DNA from: Trichoplax adhaerens
Lineage: Eukaryota; Animalia; Placozoa
Reading direction: 5' to 3'
Assembly (NCBI RefSeq): GCF_000150275.1
Contig: NW_002060945.1
Span: 9,316,011 to 9,380,010, forward strand
DNA: 64,000 nt
How positions within the stretch are numbered: the stretch's first letter is position 1; each line of letters opens with the position of its first letter. Shown here one piece after another: positions 43,701-53,478 of the stretch. The position numbers and the translations under genes are program-made. The notes beneath the pieces were generated by a model. The model made no database searches. It worked only from the letters and a program-made list of their open reading frames with translations, and was not told the origin of the DNA.

Positions 43701-46333
43701 TATAATATGTTTCTAATGAATAACTTAATTTCCTATATTTTATCATTAGATATTTTACAAGTAATAATAGTAAATAATCCATCATTGACTGCAATGATCT
43801 TTAGCGAGTAAAAACAAATTTATTGTTCTTAACTGTAACTACATTTAATGTCATGTTGCATTATGATGCAACGCAAGAAGAGCTTGAATACGTCGAGAAA
43901 TGGGGATTAGTCATTAGATTAAGGTAAGAAAATTAGCAAAGACTAAACTTCATAAAATTTTCTTGCTGTCTTGACAACAATCTATCTCCAATGGAATTGA
44001 TTACATGAAAGGAATTATCTTTTATAATATAAATCTCTAAAAATACACTGTACTAGTATCTCAAGAGAATGCCACTGTTGCTTGTTAGATTAGTGTTATA
44101 AATTCTTTGATGCTCAAGATTTAAGTATATTATTAAGTCTATCAAGTTATAAAAGTTAATATACTATTCCAACTAGGACTATCAATACCTTGATGCAATG
44201 GATGGAAAGATGTTGGTGGGATTTTCAGGGAAACGAGTCTATGGTTAGTAATAAATCTACATCTGATCCTATTAAATATTTTCCTGTGTAAGAATACAGA
44301 TCTTAAGATGCATACTAAGCTTAATTTAAAAAGTGTCATAATTTAAAGAATTTAGAGGATTTATAATAATTCTAATTATTTAAAATCCATGCTTATATAA
44401 ATTTAAACATATTACAGTTAAAGCATGTAGATGACTTCGTTGAAACTTTACTGGTTTCTGATGCTGCGTTTCACAATGCTGCCAAAGGTATTGCCGATTT
44501 AAAGAGTAAAAAGCTCGCAAGCGGTAATAATTCAGAAAATTCATCTGCAACCTGGTATGGCCCATCAACACAATCGAAATTAACCAATATAAAAGATATT
44601 AAAAAAATATGTATAATGCAAGTACCTGCGCAGCAAATTGCAGAACAGGTTATTAGAATTCTATTCTTCAATTTTCTGTTGATAAAGAAATAGTTACACT
44701 TAACTCAAAATAGGACCTGTAAAATTTTCCTTTCGTTTTATAGGTATATATTAGTTTAATTATGCGTATACTTCTAGTAACGAGGTACATCGTAAAATAC
44801 TCTCAGTTTCTTAACTTACTCATTTGTTTACTCTGGCTAGCTAACTCTGATAGATTTGGAAATATTAAGATCAATCGGCCCAAATGAAGTCTTATGTCAT
44901 CTATGGGGATCGAAATCAGGTAAAATATTTTATTTCTTTTTAATCTATTCAATTAGCATTCATAATGTATCATTAATTGGAATGCTAATATTATAAGCAC
45001 AGTTCTACGAAATGGTAGTAGTGTATAGCAATTTCATGAATTATTTAAAGGTCTATGGATTAACCGGTTAATATATAATATTTAGTATGTAGAGATGATA
45101 AAGACAAGGCTGAAATTGCTGGCAATTTGAATGCCTATATCAAGCGATGGAATACAGTTTGTTATTGGGTCGGAACTGAAATTTGTCGCACTTTAGATTG
45201 TCGAGGACGTGCTCAGGCTATGGAGAAATTTATTGAAATAGCAAAGGTAACGATAACTTTATTGCTTCGTGGCTCATTAAAACTATCAAAAAATTTTTAC
45301 TAAATAATGTTAAAAATTGTTTCCGATATATTAGCATTGTAAAATAATTCGCAACTACAGTACAATGGCTAGTATAGTTGGAGGTCTTAACATCCATCCG
45401 ATAAGATCATTAAAGAAATCCTGGGAGGTTAGCTTATTATTATACGTAATATTCCTTTTCCTAATTTTTCATTTATATGTATATATATATTTATACATTT
45501 ATAAAAGAATTCGAAATAATGTTCCATGCATGATATCTACATCTTGTCATTTGCACTATGAATATAGTTCAATTTTTGATATTATTCTGTAATTTACGCC
45601 AATCTTAGCAACTTATTGCTCTGCTATTGTAATTTTACTTACGCATCTTATGATTGATTTATGTTTTTTGTAGTGTGTCGGCCATAAGTATGTTAAATTA
45701 TTGAATGAAATGGAAGATTTTATGAAGCCTGATCGAAATTATATCAGTTATCGTAAAGTCTTGGCTGATATCCCAACCAGCTGTCCATGCATTCCATTTT
45801 TTGGTAATGCAAACAGCTAGAATTTATATTCAATTAATTACTTAGCTTGCATTTATTTAGGATACTATTATAATCTCGTTATATTTATAACTGATTTAAG
45901 ATTCATCCTTATTGCTTTAATAGGTGTTTTCATCCAAGATCTAACTTTTCTTAATGACGGCAACCCTAAAGTTTTAGCTAATGGATTGTATAACTTTACC
46001 AAGATTAGAGATATCAGTAATAAGGTTAGCCTAATCAAAAATGGGTATATTTTGATATATAACTGGAAACTATCTACTAACCGAACATTAGCCTTTTTAG
46101 ATATCATTCTTAATTCTATTACTGTTATGGTGCTTTACTATGCACCTAGTATTATGTTTCTAATTTTAGAAACGTCTCGGCCATTTATCATCTCAGACTA
46201 TGATATTAACAATACGCATTTATCTATTATTTTTTTATAAAATATTTAGATTAACGAACTAGAGCGTTATCAACGTTCTGCTTATCGAATATCGCCGAAT
46301 CCTAAGATATTTTTTGGATTAAAAAATTTGTAA
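25304..46333 (+). CDS. PX-REM-CDC25 Ras-family guanine nucleotide exchange factor, 20 coding exons, ~1292 aa
   Basis: Hand-spliced exons: 25304-25712, 28932-30548, 32243-32400, 38198-38282, 38779-38843, 39702-39795, 39960-40018, 40873-40948, 42607-42708, 42981-43085, 43262-43343, 43843-43923, 44177-44243, 44418-44648, 44841-44919, 45086-45246, 45335-45427, 45674-45803, 45924-46024, 46250-46333. Total 3879 nt, all phases match, no internal stops; all introns GT-AG except one AT-AC. The 3' end is either TAA at 46331-46333 or a donor at 46330 leading to an exon hidden in the N gap. Confidence 0.9.
27027..27690. repeat. Intronic tandem duplication, ~350 bp x2
   Basis: Copies start at ~27027 and ~27379 (CCTATTACAGA...GATATAGGA.TGAATT; GTTAAGGGTTGAT; GTTAAGGATTAA). 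Confidence 0.85.
28544..28907. repeat. Intronic tandem repeat, ~150 bp x2.5, next to the exon-2 acceptor
   Basis: AAGGCAAATAAGTGC.TACTC..CAGC three times and TGATGGATTCGATAT...AATAGCATGATA twice; units start at ~28544, 28697, 28842. Confidence 0.8.
28932..30548 (+). CDS. RasGEF coding exon 2 (end of helical region plus long S/D/N/P-rich disordered linker)
   Basis: Contains the 529-aa ORF; acceptor tttag ends at 28931, donor CAAG|gtagaa at 30549; phase 1 at both ends. Confidence 0.88.
32243..39795 (+). CDS. PX (phox homology) domain of the RasGEF, exons 3-6
   Basis: Spliced translation KHRFIVYEIKVTTILPG|AQSLSYTIIRKFKQICKLYDKLSKIDHE|GPLPSKPIKRFFSKDKQKQLQK|VEGILKFVTSNPKLRTSDCVVEFL follows the PX pattern (Y-x-I-x-V strand, RRY-type helix, PxxP-K loop, terminal P-x-L-x-x-S-x-x-V-x-x-FL). 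Recognised by eye, no HMM run. Confidence 0.82.
33219..34550. promoter_or_regulatory. Candidate intronic enhancer with an AP-1 site cluster
   Basis: Exact TGASTCA at 33219, 33262, 34352, 34419, 34544; TGATTGAT at ~34408 and ~34508. Confidence 0.35.
36056..36319. repeat. Long imperfect inverted repeat / hairpin in RasGEF intron 3
   Basis: Arms TATTTAGACCAAATTTTT (36056-36073) and AAAAATTTGGTCTGAATA (36302-36319), with nested inner stems closing on TTGCAG-tgtgagt-CTGCAA. Confidence 0.65.
42981..44243 (+). CDS. REM (RasGEF_N) domain, exons 10-13
   Basis: KYIVAAGTIEKLVEQLT...DVGYVKAFLLGYRHFAKPEAVLQMLLSR|FNV...EKWGLVIRLR|TINTLMQWMERCWWDF shows the classic REM motifs (GT.E.L; FLLxYRxF; I.LRV...L..W......DF). 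Confidence 0.93.
43344..43842 (+). other. U12-type (minor spliceosome) AT-AC intron, 499 nt, inside the REM domain
   Basis: 5' site |ATATCTTT, branch site TTCTTAAC at 43826-43833, 3' end ...aactac|. Splicing restores LLSR-FNVML in frame; read-through hits TAA at 43351-43353. Confidence 0.9.
44418..46333 (+). CDS. CDC25-homology RasGEF catalytic domain, exons 14-20
   Basis: PAQQIAEQ|LTLIDLEILRSI..., WNTVCYWVGTEI...RAQAMEKFIEIAK|HCKIIRNYSTMASIVGGL..PIRSLKKSW, NYISYR, PCIPFF|GVFIQDLTFLNDGNP, YNFTKIR. Confidence 0.96.
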
Positions 46334-46388
46334 ATACTATTTAAGTAATAATGTGTAATTAGGGAATATCTATTTCTTCCAAAATACA

Positions 46389-46438
46389 NNNNNNNNNNNN
46401 NNNNNNNNNNNNNNNNNNNNNNNNNNNNNNNNNNNNNN
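46389..46438. other. Assembly gap (50 N)
   Basis: Run of n; true length unknown. Confidence 0.99.
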
Positions 46439-46797
46439 AGTATAATGTCTAATATGGACTATAGAATCAGCACCGGTGAAAGATTTATTTACTATAAAGT
46501 AACCTTTGAATTTAACAATATCATTTGTATTGTTTAAGGGTATTTATCGTTACACCGTTAGTAACTGAGATTTGATATCAGATTTCGTATAATAGTTAGT
46601 TGATATAAAACGATTTCATCATTTTTAAATAAACAGCTGTTATTTACTAACTTTGATAGGGTAACGGGTGATTAAGCGTAACCCTTGACTTTAATATTGA
46701 TTTTATAGTATTAAACATGTAATTCGTGTAGATGTAACTTAATTAACGCAGTAATATAAGTTCACATCAGAAATAAAATAAAGAGTATTATGCTAGA

Positions 46798-47759
46798 CTA
46801 TTCTTGTGATTTCTTGAATGCGAGAGTTAATAAGAGAAATTGAGCTACAGCTGGTTGATAATTAATCGAGACAGTTTATGTTGTGGTATGATAGTCAGGA
46901 CGCGATAAGCATGGAATATTTTACCATCAGTAGAAGGGAAACGAACGATATCGTCGATCTTGTGCATGGAACATTAGTACACTTTTACGAAAAGACTTTA
47001 AATATTATCATCAATCTTGTAACATAAATTGAGAAATCGAGGTCATTCTATGCACGTACAATTAACCAATCTATTGGCTTCAGTGTTGAATAAGGTATAA
47101 CTAGCCACGACAGCATGATGTGATCTAAGTTAGGAATTATTAACATCAATCTTCTAAGGTAACATATACCGTATCAGATCATTGTGATTCATTTTGTTGC
47201 ATTAGCTTTTACATTATGTCTGCAATATTGCATTAAAATTCCGTATGTGAGTAACTCATTCAAATAGTATAAAGGTGCAGTGCTCCAGATGAATGAAATA
47301 CCGTGATGTCATCAGTTCTACGACATAAATCGTAACATGGACGGATGAACTTGGTCAGTCTATCGAATATATTTCTACTTGAAATGATTTACATTCTTAC
47401 CATCACTTGATCCTTCTAGAAGCATGAATTAACTAGCTATATATAATTATGCTGTTGATCAATATGTTGATTTTTTATTAAGTTTGAAATCTAGTGGTTT
47501 ACGATTAATATCAGCTCGCGTCTATTTACAGTATGTGTGTTTGCATAACATTAACGTATTTTATCGACGCAATCTCTTTTATCAACTTGTGCTATAATTC
47601 ATTTCGCCGATTCAAGTTAAAAAAACATACCTGTCTTTTAGACAATCTTTTAATAAGCTCAAATATTGTAATAGCTATCAGAGTATGACATCAGAGGGCT
47701 CAAGATGCCTGTGGGCTACTCCAGTCCCAGCTCCGATGTCTATCAGTATTCTTTCTAGT
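46798..47759 (-). pseudogene. Decayed multi-exon class I SAM-dependent methyltransferase
   Basis: Minus-strand segments with AG/GT ends: 47759-47631 (LERILIDIGAGTGVAHRHLEPSDVIL**LLQYLSLLKDCLKD), 47359-~47170 (LTKFIRPCYDL...FHSSGALHL, with stops), 47124-47067, 46958-46925 (IDDIVRFPSTD), 46850-46798 (AVAQFLLLTLAFKKSQE*). Motif I DxGxGxG is present; in-frame TGA TAG at 47680-47675. Confidence 0.6.
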
Positions 47760-47847
47760 CTATTTATAAAATTAATTGACTTAAGTAGTTATGCTGTTCA
47801 GAATTATTTTATTCCATCTTATTTTGGTGTTTCAAGTTTGATTTACC

Positions 47848-48360
47848 GGATAGGATACCAGAAGTGAATTGCCCATGTCTGTTTCAAGCATTCCATTATG
47901 AATAGCATGTAAGTGCTTAAAACGATGGGAAAAGTTAATATGGAATGATTGTAATAGAAAATGCTTTCATCCTATCCTGCTTTGATGACTTTACGTTGGA
48001 TATGCAGGATAGGATACCGGAAGAGAGTTGCCTGCGTTTTATTTAAGCATTTCACTATGAATAGTATGTAGATATTTAAAACGATAAAGTAATTATGTCT
48101 AATTCGAGATAGAAGCCTATTCATGGGAAATGTTAATATGGAGTGGTTGTAATGGAAAATGCTTTCATTCTATCCTACTTTAATGACTTTATGTTGGATT
48201 TGTAGGATAGGATACCGGAAGTGAGTTGCCTATGTCTATATCAAGGATTCCACTATGAGTAGCATGCAGACGTTTAAGACGATGGAGTAATTATGTCTAA
48301 ACTGGGATACGAGTCTATTCATGGAAAAGTTAATATGCGATGATTGTCAATAGAAAATGG
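47848..48360. repeat. Tandem repeat, ~160-200 bp x3
   Basis: GGATAGGATACC.GAAG.GA.TTGCC at 47848, 48007, 48205. Confidence 0.85.
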
Positions 48361-48582
48361 CCGTCAACTACATTGGTCCACTTGTTTAATTTTTGATGAC
48401 GTGTTTATGGATATACACGTATTATGGTCTATCTTGGCTATGTTTACTTGATTTAAAACGAATTGGAAAAATACAACTATCGACAGGTTGCATTACACTG
48501 CCGTACATTGTTAAACTATCCTTGAAGTCTATGTCAACAATTCTTGCTTACAGCTACTAAGTTCAATTTTATTTGCTTTTAG

Positions 48583-48620
48583 ACCACCAATGACAATAGT
48601 CCATCCCCACCCTTATCCAA
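48583..48620 (-). pseudogene. Possible SLC16/monocarboxylate-transporter N-terminal remnant
   Basis: Minus strand reads LDK-G(1-nt frameshift)-WGWTIVIGG, like the SLC16 DGGWGW-x-V signature. Preceded by an in-frame stop; no further exons recognised. Confidence 0.3.
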
Positions 48621-50539
48621 TTATCCGATTATTTTTTTATTATCGAATAGATATAATTCCGTATTTGAATTCTAAAATAACGTAACCCTAGCCATATTCT
48701 ATTATTCAACATTTGATTAGTTTCATGTAATTAAGCTTTTAACATGCTCTCTAATGGCCTTTTTATTGTCATTTGCATTGATGCAAAGCTGAACGCTAAC
48801 AACCTATTACTCGATAGTTACGATATCGATCAATCGCACCTGAAATTGGTTAGCTGGTGTCCTTAGAGAGTACCGCTAGCTACTGTATCATTAAATCTGT
48901 CATATTGTGTCATGAAATATTCCAGTCATAGTCATACGTTTACTTTTGATGAGGTTTTTTATCCGTTCGTAGAACGGGTATAAACTGCTAGTTAAAATTA
49001 TTTTGCCAGTGTGTGTGTGACTGTACTGTAGTTCAGTTCGAAGATTTAGGCGCCTATTTTTACAACCTATTTTGCATTTTAGCCTTACTTGAATGAATTT
49101 CTACGTTATACACTTTGATGTAGGGATCAGTCGGAGGATGAAGGCAACAACTTGATGCAGCTGTAGTGATGCACCTATATTTGATTATAATGATGGCTAT
49201 ATTTGATTGTGTTAATAGCTATATTCGATATAGTTAGATTACTTTAAATAGATACTATCCTGAAGCTAATATTAGATGATTGCTAACTACTATATTAGAA
49301 ATTGTTGATGACTGATAGTAGCCAGTTGACCAATTATGGTACAACATTGATATAGCTAGAAACGCTGTAGTTGTTAAGATGCCCTTCGGAGAAAGGGGCT
49401 AGACGTTAATAGAATAGAAGAGTAGTGGCATACTAAGTAGGATGATTTAGATTGTCGAAGATAATGATGTACTGTTTGAGAAAAGTAGTTTGTTTTGATG
49501 ACTCATATCTGATTGTAGATTAATCAAGTGTCATAAATGGATTTAACGAAGTGTATATATACTGTACTGTATAAGAACTACAGAGATGAGCTCAAGGGAG
49601 AAGAGACTTCACTTCTTCGATTCTTGTAGTGATTAATTATTGCTCCACTATTCCTAAAAACCTTGTAATAAAACCTTTTAGAAAATACTATTTGACTAAG
49701 ATAGTTATTGTGAGACACTTTTATTACAGCAGCACTTAGAGGTAGGGCATGTAAAATGATACAAGAGTATCAAAAGATGGATAGAAAATGTTGGTAACAG
49801 CTGTACAAACAGCTTACAAGCTAATGAAATGAGGTAATCCATGACTGTCTTCTAATCTGTAACATCTGTAACGCTACGATTGAAATAGAATGCATTCTTG
49901 AGCGTAACAGAGCCAATTGAATAATCAGATTATTATTTACCGAACCTTTATCAGGTCTACATATTACATCATGACGGCCTTAAGGCTGAAAAGTATACAG
50001 GTATAGCAAAATTCCTCCTAATATTATCAGTCATCATCAATAAGGTAGTCGTCATCCTTGCTCTTTACTTTCCCTCCTTCATTATCGAGAATGTGCATTT
50101 AGTCATGATTGACTGTTGAATGATACTTGATAGGAGATTTTGTATCATGTTGGGGACAATGATTAATTATTTTATTTTGATGACGGCCATCTGATATTTT
50201 CTAGACAGAAGATAGTTTCTACACCTGCCAGGGATTGCTGCACTCAGGGTAGCAGTAACCGTATTCTGGCACAGCTGAGTATCGATCCTAATGTTCGGCA
50301 ATGCTTCCATATACAAACGGATATTCCAATTTCTCGTCTGTAGCCCAGTTCAGTTCTGTGAGAGGCTAATCTTTTACTGCAAGTTGGAATTTAAAAATTT
50401 CGAATTGAATTCTGGGTGGCATTGTTCAATTTGCACACCTGCTGGTCAGGTAGTCATTATTTTTTGATCTCTATGCGATAGCCTCTTTATCACTTGGTTA
50501 CTGTACATGACAGTCCATGAAAGCAGCATCGATGGGATC

Positions 50540-51130
50540 TTGGTGAAGATTGGCGTTTATCAACTTTGTAATGTAATGCTCCTTTTAGATAGTGTACATA
50601 ACTTGACTAGCAGCATCAGTAGGATATTGGCGACGGTTAGCGTTTATGAATTATGCACGTTGCAGATAGTATAATGCGAAGCAAAGTGTATCTATGTAGC
50701 ATCGCTAGACTACAGTACATGGTAACAAAATCAATATATGATGTTGGCGAATATCAACATGCAATGTACGATAGTGACTCATTTCTGATAGTATACAGTA
50801 CTTGACCATAAAAAAGTAAAATCGCAAGTACGAAGTTGGCGATGATTGGTGTCTATGAACGAAGCAATATAGTAGATATTGCAGAGACTGATTTCAGGTG
50901 TTCTACTATGAGGTTAACTCTATCTCTGCATCGTTTAACTTATGGTAAGCAAAATCAGAAGATCAACCATGCAATATAAAGTAGTATATAGTATAGAATG
51001 TATACTGAAAAGACTGATTTAGGGTCGTTGACTACGAAGAAGTAAGATCAGTACGGCGACAGTTGGCATTCAGGAAATAGGCAATCGAAAGTAGTAGAGC
51101 ATGGACTACCGCGGCTAATTTCAGATAGTA
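50540..51130. repeat. Highly degenerate tandem repeat
   Basis: Recurring (A/G)TTGGCGA...TTGGC/TGT.TATGAA...GCAAT...GTAG blocks at roughly 100-200 bp spacing. Confidence 0.45.
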
Positions 51131-52866
51131 TATTATCCTAGATCAAGGAGGCCGTTGTTGACAAGCTGATATTGTTGAAATGGTTACGTATTAGGGCGGA
51201 ATCTATTAGTAATGTTATGGATTGCTAAAAGCTTACTATTACAATGGGGTTGTCTACTTTTGTAATATAAAAGTATTGTAAAACAATGATTCTATGGCTG
51301 AAAGTATAGCGTGATGATGAGATGTACAAGATTGCTTGAGCACGATTTAAATAAATAAATAACTCGTAAATAATTAGTAAATAATACTGTACTTGTACTC
51401 TACAGTGCGCTTTCTTGACTCTTGACTAGGACTAGACTAATTATAATAGTCTTTCCATATTATGTTCTATTGTATAATCATGCATGAACCTGTAAGTTAC
51501 CTATCCCCCCCAGAAAAAAAAAAAAATAGGCTGTAGAGCTTGCAGGGATAATTTTATGGATGCCAATTTATCCTAGCGGTGTTATTTCTATACAGTATGT
51601 CATATATTGTAGTGACTCGAGTAGAATAACCGTAGATTGTCGCGATCATTCATGGCAAAGGATTAGGCATAATTGAATTGAAAGAATAAAAGTAGATTGA
51701 GTGATAATTAACAGTGTCATTAATCTAATTAATTTATTGATGGTAAGGATATGTGGCTTGATTGAATTTGAACTTTAACAAATGACTTGAAAAGAATCAC
51801 TGTAGGCATGAGCCCATCATTGGTCATTTTGGCTAGTATTGGGCCGGTATTACTTGAAATGGTTACCCATTGATTACGAATTGAACTCAATTTGTTATCA
51901 AATACGAATTGTATTGAGCCCATATTTGAATACTGTATCGTTTTGAATTTTTCATGGCAAGGATTGGGTACGATTGAATTTGAATATACTGTTCATCAAG
52001 TGACATTTAATGAATTAATGTCGACTCTACAGTCTACAACAGATCATTCCTTGCAAAGATTGAGTATGACTGTATTCAAAAAGAATCTATGTCGATTGCA
52101 GTGATGATTATGATCTATTTTCAACTTGCTGTACGATCAATCAAGTGGTTCAAAAAAATAACCCGAAATCAATGCCAGTCAAGTTTCATTTTATAATATC
52201 AGCCCATATTAGTAAAATGACTTTGGATCGACATCCATATACTGTACGACTCGCCTATACCTTACAGTGTAACTGTACATTGGCCCTGATCATTTTGCAT
52301 CAATTACTTTGTACACTTGGTTTAAGCTGTCGTACTGATCCAAATTATTTTTTGATGGGGATGATGCAAGACACAAATTTAATTTACTCCACGTGAGATT
52401 GGACGATTTCTAGATTTTTTTTGTAGATATGTCATTCCATGTCTAATTGTATACAGTCTAAAATGTATCAGTAGGACAGCTGAAACGAAGTGTGCCAAGT
52501 AAAATAATTTATGCAACATGGTCAGGGCTAGGGTGTGCAATGTGCATTAATGTGCATGGATATAAAATACCAATCTACTGTACTCTATTTTATCCATGGA
52601 ATGCAGCGGAGTCGTATATTGATTTTTCTTCAAAGTAACATTTTACTTCGTCTACTATCCCCATATCGATCCATAGCAATGGAAGATTGTTCTTCCACTG
52701 TGAAAGGCCATGGACTAGCATAGGCCGTCCGTCGATGAAGACCCAATATCCAGCAGTTTTTGTATGGTTGTATGCATCAACTTGGTGTAGACGCTACTTC
52801 CTCCAATATTGACATAATCATGTTGTTTTACAGTAGGTTGAATGAGTTGCGGTAGGTCGGTCGACA

Positions 52867-53478
52867 TGCAACACGAGAGATACTGTGGTGACAGCAGTTC
52901 TGGAACTCGACCGTACTACTGTACAACGACGCTACACTTGGACCATAGACTTGAGTGAGTTGCATGCATGGAATGACCGAGTGATCGTCTTTTACTAAGA
53001 ATGCAACACGAGCGATACTGCGGTGACAGCAGTTCTGGAACTCGGCCGTACTACAACTACACCTGTCGAAGGTTTGGTTTGGACTTGAGTGGGTTGCATG
53101 CATGGAAGGACCAAGTGATCGTCTTTTACTATGAATTCAAGGCGAGAGATACAGCGGTGACAGCAGTTCTTGGACTTGAGTGAGTTGCATGCATGGAATG
53201 ACCAAGTGATCGTCTTTTACTGTGAATGCAACACGAGAGATACTGCGGTGACAGGCTGTTATGTAGCTCAGGTGTAACTACAGTACAACGACGCTACACT
53301 TTGACCATGGCCTTGAGTGAGTTGCATGCATGGAATGACCGAGTGATCGTCTTTTACTAAGAATGCAACACGAGCGATACTGCGGCGACAGCAGTTCTGG
53401 AACTCGACCGTACTGTACAGTGTACACTGTCCAGTACTACAACGACGCCGCAGTTGGACCATGGACTTGAGTGAGTTA
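52867..53478 (+). repeat. GC-richer tandem array, ~134 bp x5, at the 5' end of HECW
   Basis: ATGCAACACGAG.GATACTG.GG.GACAG...CTTGAGTGAGTTGCATGCATGGAATGACC.AGTGATCGTCTTTTACT copies at ~52867, 53001, 53135 (internal deletion), 53227, 53363. Confidence 0.92.

Noticed and set aside
47675-47680. In-frame TGA as possible selenocysteine
   Set aside because: Immediately followed by TAG, other exons also carry stops, and no SECIS was recognised.
50226-50270. Small GC-rich hairpin TGCCAG...CTGGCA (other short palindromes at ~14010-14040 and ~35319-35340)
   Set aside because: Too short, with no tRNA/snRNA/snoRNA motifs; expected by chance in 64 kb.
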